Both the position numbers and the translations under genes were made by a program. Of a DNA stretch of 64,000 nucleotides, positions 42,480 to 54,696 are shown in pieces; the stretch's first letter is position 1; each line of letters starts with the position of its first letter. This stretch comes from Eledone cirrhosa. Taxonomy: Eukaryota. The notes beneath the pieces were generated by a model that did not search any database, was not told the DNA's origin, and worked only from the letters and a program-made list of their open reading frames with translations. Where the stretch lies: the NCBI GenBank assembly GCA_964016885.1, contig OZ024750.1, forward strand, positions 40,548,001 to 40,612,000. Reading direction: 5' to 3'.

Positions 42480-43097
42480 AATATCGATACCTTTGATAAC
42501 TTCACAACCAGGAGTGATGCGACCATATCATACCTTTCGTCTGATGCGCTCTAACGACTCTGCCGTTCCACTGCCATTTATTGATGTCTAATTTAGGCAC
42601 ATTTGATGGCATTGTGTTTAAATTATACATCATTAAATGGCAGGGTGGTCGATTATCAGAGTCAGACAGATACTTTGCAGTATTTATTTCGGCTCTTTAG
42701 TTCAAATCCCACCGAGGTCAACTTTACCTTCCATTCTTCCGAGGTCGATAAAAAAAAGTACGATGTAAAAATACAGCCTGATTAACTTTCTTCACAAAGT
42801 TAAAAATATAGAGCAGACCTGCCACCCTCTAAAAACCCAAACGGGGAGTACCATGAACAAAAAAAAACTGCTCCCAAAACGAGAAAAATGAGGCAAACTA
42901 GAGAGATTTTACATAATGAAAGCTATAGCCATTTTCACAAGAGAAGACATCTCCCACCCACCCCAAAGTGGGTGGGAGATCTCCCCGTCTGACGAGGAGG
43001 GTTGATAGGTCTGGTAAAGAATATTTAAACGTTTGGTTTCTCTCATGTCTTTTATTGAGTGAAGGATCGTTTATTTTCTTTCTTTTATTCAATGTAG

Positions 43098-43228
43098 GCA
43101 GAATCTCAGAGAGGACGTGACTGGATATTTGGTTCCCCCTGTATTAGTTCTATGATCGACATAGTGACGTCACTGCTTACCTCAGAGAATCTGCGTACAG
43201 CAAGCAACTGTTCACTTATATTGGCCCG
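43098..43228 (+). CDS. ARM-repeat protein exon 3 (AESQRGRDWIF...ASNCSLILAR)
   Basis: Not in the ORF track; polypyrimidine tract + gtAG; open 131 nt; donor CG|GTGAGT; phase 0 in and 2 out bridges exons 2 and 4 exactly. Confidence 0.9.
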
Positions 43229-43314
43229 GTGAGTACAGGCTTTATAATAGTCCGGTGAATACAGTCTTGCTATTGACCCGGTGTATACATATACATATAT
43301 GTATATGCATATAT

Positions 43315-43455
43315 ATATTGTTATACTTGGGGAGGGTCATATTGTTATAATATTTCCAGAAATAATAACAGAACACACTCACTGTGAGTGTGTTCTGTTA
43401 TTATTTCTGGCAATACGTATTATAACAATATGACCCTCCCCAAGTATAACAATAT
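43315..43455. repeat. Near-perfect ~140-bp palindrome next to a TA tract
   Basis: atattgttatacttggggaggg...cacactcac t gtgagtgtg...ccctccccaagtataacaatat. Confidence 0.85.
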
Positions 43456-43493
43456 TTGTTTCAACACACGATTTCATATCAAAAACCTTACAA

Positions 43494-43531
<38 letters not shown>

Positions 43532-43706
43532 AAGGTTAAACAAGGTTCAATGAATAAATCAAAGAATAAAGTTTTACAATAGATTAGAAGCACTCCACAG
43601 TTGGTTTTCCGGAGTTATTAATATTAATTCAAAATATTAACAAAATATTAACTGACATGACTGAATTTTAACCATCTACTTAGTCAGGGTATGGCATGCA
43701 TCATCT

Positions 43707-43773
43707 TATTTTATCTGAAGAGGACGTACTGTTGAAGATAGCTCAGTACCTCTGAAATATGTATAATAAAATA
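43707..43773 (+). ncRNA. Minimal type I hammerhead ribozyme
   Basis: TATTTTAT-CTGAAGA-GGAcGTACTG...CAGTACcTCT-GAAA-TATGTA-TA-ATAAAATA. Confidence 0.85.
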
Positions 43774-43848
43774 TACTTGATCACACGAATGTCTATTTTT
43801 GTTAATATTTTGAATTAATATATATATATATAGATATATACATATATA

Positions 43849-44582
43849 TACAAATAAAGATTGAGCGAGAATCACATTTCGGCGGGCAGGAAAATCGAAG
43901 CGAAACGCAAAAATCAGAAATGATAGTGGCAAAGTGCTCAATAGTTAAAAACCAGAGCTAAACAATGTGTTAAGAAGCCATACAAAACTGAAAAGGTGGT
44001 CAAGAAGGCATTAACCACCCAAGCCAAAAACCAAATCAAGCTAAACAGGTCAAAACAAAATAAATGATAACCAGACCTGGACTCCCAGAATTGCTGTTAA
44101 AATCCGATGTAGAGTTTCTGTGACACATAAATCAAAATACAGTCTGCTTAAAAATATAAGCTTTGTGTATAACGATCGAACAAGGAATATCACGTTATCA
44201 ACAGGTATTTAGCTCTGTACCAAATAAGTTAATGACACGGTGGTAAGTTAAACCACGCGTGGAAATCACAAGGGGAATAACCCCAGATTTTGGCAAAGTA
44301 ATTCAGTTAGTGTAAATCATGCGAAAAATAGCATAAATAGCACAAATCGAATAAGTTCTCAACCGAGTAGTTTTAAAATAAACTTATACAATTAACCTGT
44401 CAATAGGAATTATTAACAAGTTAATTGTTAACGGGAGATTAATACAAATAAAGATTCAGCGAGAATCGCATTTCGGTGGGCAGGAAAAGCGAAGCGAAAC
44501 GCAAAAATCAGAAATGATACTGGCAAAGTGCTCAATAGTTAAAAACCAGAGCTAAACAATGTGTTAAGAAGCCATACAAAAC
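43849..44582. mobile_element. ~735-bp non-coding unit with 140-bp terminal direct repeats, TA-flanked
   Basis: 43849-43988 and 44443-44582 are direct repeats with only a few differences; (TA)n on both sides. Confidence 0.7.
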
Positions 44583-44587
44583 ATATA

Positions 44588-44640
<53 letters not shown>

Positions 44641-44644
<4 letters not shown>

Positions 44645-45010
44645 TAATAAAAACAATGAATAAAAACAAAGAACAAGTTCCTTATATTAAAAAATTCATC
44701 ATTTTACGATCGTTTCTAGGATGTATATGTGTGTTGGTATGTATATCATATAGATCTATGTAAAAATATTACAAACTATCAGAGGAAATATACATACCTT
44801 CACATATACATGCTGTCTTCAGAAATGATGAAGACAGCATATATATGTGAAGGTATGTATATTTCCTCTGATAGTTTGTAATATTTTTACATAGATCTAT
44901 ATGATATACATACCAACACACATATACATCCTAGAAACGATCGTAAAATGATGAATTTTTTAATATAAGGAACTTGTTCTTTGTTTTTATTCATTGTTTT
45001 TATTAATTTA
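44641..45010. mobile_element. ~370-bp near-perfect fold-back element after (TA)n
   Basis: Arms 44641-44820 and 44830-45010 are reverse complements; partial copy at about 62884-62995. Confidence 0.8.
44697..44830 (-). ncRNA. Type I hammerhead ribozyme with a ~100-nt extended stem II
   Basis: Minus strand: CATCATTT-CTGAAGA-[ATGTATATGTG...CACATATACAT]-GAAA-CGATCG-TA-AAATGATG; perfect 8-bp stem I and palindromic stem III. Confidence 0.8.
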
Positions 45011-45219
45011 TCTTGACTCTGTTTTCCTATGATTTTCATCAAACATTTTTGAATGCATCTTCTCTTTTGATAATATTTGGGTTACATTGAGTTCTTCATA
45101 CGGATTGGACACTACCGTATATTTTGGTAGATTTATCTCTATATATATATAGTTTGGATTTAGCTGTCGAAACGGCCGGAGCTCAGCCATCGGGGTCCTG
45201 AATCTTTTCATATATACTC

Positions 45220-45584
45220 ACTCAGATGGTGGATGGTGCTACACGAGAATGCTGAGGATGGCTCTGAACATTAATCAGTATACACTGAGGATGAAGAACT
45301 CAGAGCTGTACGGCAGCCTCCCTAAAGTCAGCTCAAAAGTGACACAGAGGAGACTGAAGTTAGCTGGACATGTTCACCGACATCCAGAGTTGACACTGCA
45401 CTCAGTGCTCCCGCGCGAGCCCCTGCATGGACACACTGGCAGAGGAAGACCAAGGTTAACGTATGTTGATGTCCTATGGACAGACACTGGTCTGTTGGAG
45501 ACGCAGGACATGGCAGTGATAATGAGGGACAGAGACCGCTGGAGAGAACTCGTCCATGGATCTCGGGAATTTTACCCGCCCTAG
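45220..45584 (+). mobile_element. RTE-clade LINE 3' end
   Basis: DGCYTRMLRMALNI..QRRLKLAGHVHRH..GRGRPRLTYVD..RDRWR, ending in (TA)n. Confidence 0.8.
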
Positions 45585-46745
45585 ATATATATATATATAC
45601 ACATATATATATACACATATATATATACACATACACACCTATACATATATATACACACACACACCTATACATATATATACACACACACACCTATACATAT
45701 ATACACACACACACCTATAAATATATATATATATATATACACACATACACACCTATACACACACACACACACACACACCTATACATACACACACACAGGT
45801 GAAATAAAACAGTGGCACCAGATAGTCTTATAATCGTAATTAAATCCAATATTGGTTTAGTGTTTTTATTATTTACACAAACCCCAGTCTATAATATACC
45901 TGTTGTTGGTGTTGTTGTTGTTGTTGCTACTGTTGTTGTTGGTGGTACTGTTGTTGTTATTACTGTTGTTGTTATTACTGTTGTTGCTGTTGTTGTGTTG
46001 TTGTTGTTGTTGTTACTGTCGTTGCTACTGTTGTTGTTGTTGTTGTTGTTGTAGTTGCTCTTATAGTTACTACAGTTGTTGTAGTTGTTATTGTTGCTGT
46101 TTGCTGCTGCTGTTGTTGTTGTTACTGTTGTTGCTACTGTTGATGTTACTGTTGTTGTCTTGCTACTATTGTTGTTGTTACTGTCGTTGATGTTGTTACT
46201 GCTGTTGTTGTTGCTACTGTTGTTATTGTTACTGTTGTTGTTGTTACTGTTGTTGTTGTCACTATTGTTGTTGTCACTGTTGTTGTTGTCATAGTCTTTG
46301 TTATCTATGCGATTCATATTTAATTTTAGTCAGCTTCCGCCATACTTTAACCAAACAATACACAGAACTAAAACTAACAGACGATAATGACAGCCATCTT
46401 GTGAAAATATAGAAAATATAATCTGTTGATAAGAAACAGATGAGTTTAATCCTCTTTTCACCGTATACTACAGTGATCTGGGCTTATTTATTACTCGTTG
46501 TAAATTGTCATGGTGTGTGTGCGTATGTATGTATATATATATATATTTTGACATATATATATATTCTCACAACTGACCAATGGGAGGAGAAGATGTCCTT
46601 TGACGCTGAAATTCGTTTGTTTAAATTCATATGATTCCAGTTCCTCAGTGAAATAACAACCCAACCAGGAACTGGGCATATCAGAGTATTGACAAAGTGA
46701 AACACCTCAACAACATGTGTACTTGTCTATACCACACTAATTCGG

Positions 46746-46800
46746 ACTGCCTGAAGAGGTCACAGCCAAAGATGGCTGTCACCGAAATATATATAGCAGT
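46746..46800 (+). ncRNA. Minimal type I hammerhead ribozyme
   Basis: ACTGC-CTGAAGA-GGTcACAGCCA aaga TGGCTGTcACC-GAAA-TATATA-TA-GCAGT immediately followed by AATAAA. Confidence 0.9.
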
Positions 46801-47209
46801 AATAAACGAAGCCAAATTTTAAACATTTGACTTATTTATTTTAGTTTATTTTACATTACTCCGGTGTAACCAAATCAACCTGCGCACTTGGTCGAGTGCT
46901 CCAATCTGCATATTGAGGTGTTGGTATACAACCAACATATACTCAAAATTTATATATATATATATAGTGGTGGAACACTGGAAGGTAATATCCAAGGGAC
47001 GAGTTAGGTAGAAGTGGTTACACAACAGTTAGTTCACCATCTGAGTGAGTTTCTTGGTCAGTGTCCAAGTCTCAGACCCGTACAGGCTTTGCTCTTCCTC
47101 TCAACCACATCATGGACACACATGGCAGCGATAATGAAGGACTGAGACCGCTGGAGAGAACTCGTCCATGGATCTCAGGAATTTTACCCACCCTAGAAGA
47201 AAAAAAAAA

Positions 47210-47242
<33 letters not shown>

Positions 47243-47326
47243 AAAAGTAAACAAAATTAACAAAACAAACAACACAGTACAATGAAGAAATATATTAGTT
47301 TAATGCTTGATATAGTAGGAAAAGAG

Positions 47327-47362
47327 TCTTAACGTTTCGAACACTAGTCCTTCATCAGAAGA
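47327..47362 (-). ncRNA. Minimal hammerhead ribozyme
   Basis: Minus strand: TCTT-CTGATGA-aGGAC tagt GTTC-GAAA-CG-TT-AAGA. Confidence 0.7.
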
Positions 47363-47483
47363 TAGAATGAGAAATAAAAGATGAAATAGAAAGAATGAGG
47401 AAAGAAAGCAACGTATGTATTGAATCAGCCATTTTGGAAAATAACAATCTCTGAATCTGTGCTATCATTTGTCTTTGTTTCAG

Positions 47484-47584
47484 TTTAACAGCTGGAGATG
47501 ATGGCTGCAAATATCTACTAGAACATAAACAAAGCCCTTTGATTCTGAAAAATCTTATTGACAGTCTCAAAATTGACTCTACAG
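47484..47584 (+). CDS. ARM-repeat protein exon 4 (LTAGDDGCKYLL...LKIDST)
   Basis: Acceptor tctttgtttcAG, donor ACAG|GTAAGA; phase 2 in and 1 out. Confidence 0.9.
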
Positions 47585-48346
47585 GTAAGAAATTAAAGTC
47601 CAAACAACACAATAACGCCATGTCCTCCAACTACATCATTGGATTGATCTTCTCACTTCCCACAAAAGAGTTGTGTGAGGACATAAACAGATAATATAGA
47701 ACATAGAGAGATAAGAATGACAAAACAAAAACATGATTCTTTCACTAGAACAGTATAAAACATTGGTAAATGAAATTGGGTAGATAGAGCTATCAACAGC
47801 AGAGTTTACAGATCATCATCATCATTTTACGTGCGCTTTTCCCTGCTTGCAAGGGTGGGACAGGAACTGATTCTGGCTTGATTTCTACAGCTGGATGCCC
47901 TTTCTAACACCAACCTCATTTACAGTGAGTGCTGGGTGCCTTTTCTCCGTGGCGCCTACACGTCTACTTTACAGTGAGTGCTGGGTGCTTTTTTGCCGTG
48001 GCACCTGCACGACCACTTTGCAGTGGAATGATAGGGACCCCAGTCCCTATCATCTCATTTCTACAGTTGAGTAAACTGGAGCAATGTGAAATAAAGTGTC
48101 TTGCTCAAGGAAACAACACATCACCCAGTCTGAGAATTGAACCGGGCTACGAATGTTAAGTCTTTTGTTGTAGATAAAACATCATTTTAATCGTTCTTTT
48201 CTCTTACAACAGAGTACTGAACGGGAATGGAAGATAATCCAAATATTTCCTCCGTTTATTCCTATATATTGTCATTTTACAGAGAGTTCTGTCTAGGGTT
48301 GACATCTAGTCCCTTTTTATGATCTGGTCTTACCATCCACCATTTG

Positions 48347-48443
<97 letters not shown>

Positions 48444-48658
48444 TGTCATACCCTATACAGAGATTTTACAGGGAGTTCTGTCTATGGTTGATACTTAAAC
48501 CATTTTAAAATCTAGTCTTCCCATCCACCATTGGGGCGTCTTCTCTCTCTCTCTGTCCAGGGTATCATACCTCCCAGACAGATTTTGCAGGGAGTTCTGT
48601 CTATGATTATCATTGAAACCTTTTTTATGATCTAGTCTCTCCATTTAACATTGGAGTA

Positions 48659-48722
48659 TCCTTAGTACCCCTTAGTACCCCTTAGTACCCCTTAGTACCC
48701 CTTAGTACCCCTTAGTACCCCT
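48659..48722. repeat. 10-bp tandem repeat (ccttagtacc)
   Basis: About 6 perfect units. Confidence 0.9.
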
Positions 48723-48799
48723 ACCATCGACAATATCTACAATTGTTCGTATGAATATTTATTAAATTTGTATAATCTGGAAACATAAGGTTTATTGAA

Positions 48800-50000
48800 C
48801 ATACCTATCGCCATAGAAACCTCTGGTGTCCTTGGTCCCCTTTTCCATACCTGTCGCCATAGAGACCTCTGGTGTCCTTGGTCCCTCTTTTCATACCTGT
48901 CGCCATAGAGACCTCTGGTATTCTTGATCCCTATTTTCATACCTGTTGCCATAGAGACCTCTGGTGTCCTTGGTCCCTCTTTTCATACCTGTCGCCATAG
49001 AGACCTCTGGTATTCTTGGTCCCTATTTTCATACCTGTTGCCATAGAGACCCCTGGTGTCCTTGGTCCCTCTTTTCATAACTGTCGCCATAGAGACCTCT
49101 GGTGTCCTTGGTCCCCTTTTTCATACCTGTCGCCATAGAGACCTCTGGTGTCCTTGGTCCCTATTTTCATACTTGTCGCCATAGAGTCCTCTGGTGTCCT
49201 TGGTCCCCTTTTTCATACCTGTCGCCATAGAGACCTCTGGTGTCCTTGGTCCCTATTTTCATACTTGTCGCCATAGAGTCCTCTGGTGTCCTTGGTCCCC
49301 TTTTTCATACCTGTTGCCATAGAAACCTCTGGTATCCTTGGTCCCCTTTTCCATACCTGTCGCCATAGAGACCTCTGGTGTCCTTGGTCCCTCTTTTCAT
49401 ACCTGTCGCCATAGAGACCTCTGGTGTCCTTGGTCCCTATTTTCATACTTGTCGCCATAGAGTCCTCTGGTATCCTTGGTCCCCTTTTTCATACCTGTCG
49501 CCATAGAGACCTCTGGTGTCCTTGGTCCCTCTTTTCATACCTGTCGCCATAGAGACCTCTGGTGTCCTTGGTCCCTATTTTCATACTTGTCGCCATAGAG
49601 TCCTCTGGTATCCTTGGTCCCCTTTTTCATACCTGTCGCCATAGAGACCTCTAGTATCCTTGGTCCCTCTTTTCATACCTGTCGCCATAGAGACCTCTGG
49701 TATCCTTGGTCCCTCTTTTCATACCTGTCGCCATAGAGACTTTTGGTATCCTTGGTTCCTCTTTTCATATCTGTCGCCATAGAGACCTCTGGTGTCCTTG
49801 GTCCCCTTTTTCATACCTGTCGCCATAGAGACCTCTGGTGTCCTTGGTCCCCTTTTTCATACCTGTCGCCATAGAGACCTCTGGTGTCCTTGGTCCCCGC
49901 TCTGCTGACTTCCTCATCAAAATCGGAAAGACATCGACCTACCCGAGGAAGGAGCCCCATTAGGCAGGGTGGTTGTTGTAGCGGGTAACACTGGCCATAT
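48800..50000 (+). repeat. 46-bp minisatellite x~24 expanded from a CRE-like retrotransposon fragment
   Basis: Unit catacctgtcgccatagagacctctggtgtccttggtcccctttt encodes IPVAIETSGVLGP; continues into degenerate ADFLIKIG..EP..GWLL.RVTLAI. Confidence 0.8.
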
Positions 50001-50180
50001 ACAGGGGTGTAGAGTCTGTCCCCCCTCCCTCAGACAGGGGTGTAGAGTATGTCACTCCCTCCCTCAGACAGGGGTGTCGAGTATGTCCTCACTCCCTCAG
50101 ACTGAGGTGTAGAGTATGTCCTCCCTCCCTCAGACAGGGGTGTAGAGTATGTTCTCCCTCCCTCAGACAGGGGTGTAGAT
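50000..50180. repeat. ~34-bp tandem repeat (cagacaggggtgtagagtatgtcctccctccct)
   Basis: About 5 units. Confidence 0.85.
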
Positions 50181-50999
50181 TCACTTTATACTTTATTTAA
50201 ACTTTATACGTTATTTTATTTTACAAAGCTGTTTATACAAAAACAAGACATTATTGAAGGGAACAAAAAAAAAAGGGTAATGAAAAAAAGAAAGAAAAAC
50301 GTCAAGAGACGAAATAAAGGAGATGGGAAGGGACAGACACTAGACTTCAGTCTGAGCGGTGCCTCAGCCGCACCCCGCGGACAAAATGGCAAAGGCGTTA
50401 CCTCGGAGGATAGCCAGAGACACCCACTGCAACAGCCAACCCACCTTACAGGTCTCCTTCCTCAGGTGTGCTGCTGTGCTATCTTTCCGATGTTTTAATT
50501 GTCTTGATTTGATATGCCTCAACAACGACAATTTGTCATTAATCATTTTGGGAAATATTCTGAAAGTGTTTTCTGCACGAGATCACTTTTATGTAACAGA
50601 GAGAAAAGTGCAGGCCACCATATTTGAGGTGGAGGAAGCTAGAATATTCTTTTAATTAATTGAATAAAACAACAACAACAACAACAGAACAAAATAATGG
50701 AAATCTTTAGCGTTAATGAAAGTTTATTATCAGAAGTGAGAAGAGAGATAACTCTCGATAATTTCAATCTTAGCAAAAATAAATTTTAATTCAGATATGT
50801 AGGAGTGGTAGGGGGGTGGGGGGTAGTAGGTAGGATAGCGAGTTTGATTTGTAACAGTCAAGGGGACAATTCCGGACATGTTCCAGTATTGTTGGATCTA
50901 GCCAGTGAAGCGTAGTCCACTTGATGTGCATGAATAGTAAGAGATAGAGACACACCGACAAATAGAGAGATAGATAGATAGAAAGATGTATATATATAT

Positions 51000-51051
<52 letters not shown>

Positions 51052-51149
51052 TTTGGCTTACCGAAGCAAACAAAAGTACTTTAATGTTGCCAAGGTTACC
51101 ATCACTAACTAAATCCCGCACACAAATATTGTTATTGATTAGAAACTCC

Positions 51150-52172
51150 AATTATGGCACAAGGTCAGCAATTTAAGAGAAGGTCAAGTAGATTATATCG
51201 ATCCCAGTATTTGACTGGTATTTTATCTTTCATCCTTCTGGGGTCGATAATATAAAGTCGACCTCGGCACGATTTGAACTCAGAACATAAAGAACCATGA
51301 ATGAAAGGAGTAAAGCATAATGGCCGACGCCCTACCGATTCTGCCAATCCCTTGTCCTGTTATTAATAATTGTTTCTACTTTAGGCACTAGGCCAGTAAT
51401 TACCCAGTGCATTACTGGTACTTTATTTTATCGACCCCGTAAGGATGAAAGGCAAAGTCAACCTCGGCGGGATTTGAACTCAGATCGTAAAGGGACGTAA
51501 CTATGCTGGAAAGCATGGCGTCCGACCCTCTACCGATACTGCCAATCCACCTGATTTAGGCACAATGCCAACAATTTTGGGGAGGGGAAAGTTCATTAAG
51601 TCGACCCCAGTGCGTTACAGGTACTTTATTTTATCGACCCTGTAAGGTCGATAAAGGCAAAGCTAACTTCGTCAGGATTTGAAATCAGTACGTAAAGGGT
51701 CGTAACTCTATGCCGTAAAGCATATTGTCCGACGCTCTACCGATTCTGCCAATTTACCGTCCTCAGTACTGTTATTAATAATGCGTGAAGGGCGGTGGAT
51801 TGGCAGTATCGGTAGAGGGTCGGACGCCATGCTTTGCAGCATAGATTTACGGCCCTTTCCATTCTGAGTTCAAATCTCGCCGAGGTTAACTTTGCCTTCA
51901 TCCTTACGGGGTCGATAAAATAAAGTACCAGTAATGTAATGGGTAATTGCTGGCCTTGTGCCTAAAGTAGAAACAATTATTAATGGTGGATTGGCAGTAT
52001 CGGTAGAGGGTCGGACACCAGGTTGACGCATAGAGTTACAGCCCTTTCCATTCTGAGTTCAAATCCCACCGAGGTTAACTTTGCCTTTCATCCTTACGGG
52101 GTCGATAAAATAAAGTACCAGTAATGTACTGGGTAATTGCTGTCCTTGTGCCTATATAAGAAACCATTATTC
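51150..52172. mobile_element. Cluster of five family A SINEs (three minus, two plus) just upstream of exon 5
   Basis: Copies at about 51155-51350, 51367-51551 and 51555-51762 (-), and 51790-51980 and 51984-52170 (+). Confidence 0.8.
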
Positions 52173-52207
52173 ATAATGTATGAAATTTCCTATTTAATTC
52201 TTTATAG

Positions 52208-52302
52208 GTCGAGGAACAAATGCCGCCTTCGCTCTAGGCCGTCTGTACGACCAACGTAAAAAACATCCAGTTTTAACCAAGCATGACCACACAGAAAAAA
52301 TG
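52208..52302 (+). CDS. ARM-repeat protein exon 5 (GRGTNAAFALGRLYD...TEKM)
   Basis: Acceptor ttctttatAG; NAAFALGRL ARM motif; phase 1 in; weaker donor ATG|GTATTT, phase 0 out matching exon 6. Confidence 0.85.
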
Positions 52303-52397
52303 GTATTTCATGTTGTCGCATTTCTAATGTGTTTCAGTTAATTTTGAAAAGAACCAAATATTTGGAGGAATTTAATATAATAACTAGGCGGCGAATT

Positions 52398-52921
52398 GCC
52401 AGAGTCGTTAGGACGTCAGATAGAATGGTAGAGTGGTTAGAACGTCAGATAGAATGGTAGAGTGGTTAGAACGTCAGATAGAATGGTAGAGTGGTTAGAA
52501 CGTCAGATAGAATGGCAGAGTGGTTAGAACGTCAGATAGAATGGTAGAGTGGTTAGAACGTCAGATAGAATGATAGAGTGGTTAGAACGTCAGATAGAAT
52601 GGTAGAGTCGTTAGGACGTCAGATAGAATGGTAGAGTGGTTAGAACGTCAGATAGAATGGCAGAGTGGTTAGAACGTCAGATAGAATGGTAGAGTGGTTA
52701 GAACGTCAGATAGAATGATAGAGTGGTTAGAACGTCAGATAGAATAGCAGAGTCGTTAGGACGTCAGATAGAATGGTAGAGTGGTTAGAACGTCAGATAG
52801 AATGGCAGAGTGGTTAGAACGTCAGATAGAATGGTAGAGTGGTTAGAACGTCAGATAGAATGATAGAGTGGTTAGAACGTCAGATAGAATGGCAGAGTCG
52901 TTAGGACGTCAGATACAATGG
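52398..52921 (+). repeat. 29-bp minisatellite x18 formed from the A-box segment of a SINE head
   Basis: Unit tagagtggttagaacgtcagatagaatgg, preceded by ggcggcgaattgccagagtcgttag and followed by SINE-like gtatttgtttcggctct. Confidence 0.85.
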
Positions 52922-53848
52922 TTTATGGTATTTGTTTCGGCTCTCTGCTTTTGTTCCCCCTCTGTATTTGTTCCCGCCAAATGAAATTATTATTATTTAT
53001 TAATAATAGGGCGATGGATTGGCAGTATCGGTAGAGGGTCGGACGCCATGCTTTCCAGCATAGTTACGTCCCTTTACGATCTGAGTTCAAATCCCGCCGA
53101 GGTTGACTTTGCCTTTCATCCTTTTGAGGTCGATAAAAAAGTACCAGTCTAGTACTGGGGTATATTCTTCCTCTATATCTCTTTCTCATTTCCTCTCTCT
53201 CTCTCTCTTTCTATCTTTCTCTGGAAGATCTCTGCTGTACTCAGGCCTGGAGAGGGAGGGGCTCCGCCAGGCTTAAAATGCCACAGAAACGCTGTATGTC
53301 AATACGACGCCCCTACGACTCTATCAGAAATTACGGAACCATACATACATACACGCAATATAATCTGAGTTCAAATCCTACCGAGGTTAACTTTGCCTTT
53401 CATCCTTACGAGGTCAATAAAATAAAGTACCAGTAATGTACTGGAATAATTGCTGGCCTTGTGCCTAAAGTAGAAACAAATATAATAACTAAGTTTTCCG
53501 ATGGTATTTTGATATTTAAAACATCAGTTAACAAAAAATTCTAAAATAAAATTATAATTGTTTCTACTTTAGGCACAAGGCCAGCAATTAATAAAATTAT
53601 AATCGTTTCTACTTTAGGCACAAGGCCAGCAATTACCCAGTGCATTACTGGTATGGAAGGATTTAATACACAGGATGAATAATAAGAACCTCTATAATTA
53701 GAATTGTTTATATCTTTATTAGTTGGTGGTAGGTTTTCATAAAATGTGTTTTATTTTGAACAGTAAAATGGTAGAGGTACAGTACAGTATATTTCTAGGG
53801 TTCAAAACAGCTATATATTAGATATATAGATCTGTTATTGTCACTTAA

Positions 53849-54067
53849 CCCTTTAATGTTCAAACCGGCCAAAACCGGCCAGAATTCTCTACCTCTTTCT
53901 GTTGAAACCGGCTATAACTGGTCACTCAAACTGATGTTAAGGTATTGTTCTCAAAATAAATACTTTCAAAATCTCACAGGTTCGATATCATGCGAGATAT
54001 TATGTGAGGTAAAGCCTTTACCATGAAAATATAATAGTAAATATAGAGTAATGTGAATGCTAAAGGG
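53849..54067. mobile_element. piggyBac-type MITE
   Basis: TTAA target duplication with CCCTTT/AAAGGG ends; homologous to 19216-19427. Confidence 0.8.
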
Positions 54068-54696
54068 TTAAGCCCAGTTCAGTTACTGATGAGTGTCATA
54101 ACCCTGAATATATTAACATTTCTAGGGTTGAAAAGGGTTCAAAACAGCTGTAGTATAGATCAATAGATCTATTATTGTCACTTAAACTTAGTTCAATTAC
54201 TGATGGGTGTTATAGCTAATGAGAATGTATAAAGTAAGTAATTGTTTCTACTTTTGGCACAAGGCCAGCAATTACCCAGTAGATTACAGGTACTTTATTT
54301 TATCGACCCCGTAAGGATGAAAGGCAAAGTTAACCTTGGCGGGATTTGAACTCAGAATGGCAAGGGCCGTATTGAAGTTGGTTGGTTGGTGTTTTACTGG
54401 GAGGGCAGATATGATTTTGAAGTACATGTTTCAATTAAATTTATGACTTGTGTGGTATGTGTAAGGTGGGTGGGGGCTGGTTGTAGGATTACGATTTACG
54501 TTTGCTTGAGTTTTGTTTAGATTTGTTTACATTCTGATTAAGGCTATATGGAGATTTTATTTATAAATAAGACTTGAGAGATCACAGCTCCAATATTATG
54601 GCCATGTGGTTAGAATGTCTCAGGAAAGAATCACTGGAGAGTCACTCCAGGTAGAGACACTACTTCTCTGAATTGAGAGATTACATATATACATAC

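Noticed and set aside
48659-48722. Interstitial telomere repeat
   Set aside because: The unit ccttagtacc is not (TTAGGG)n or (TTAGG)n.
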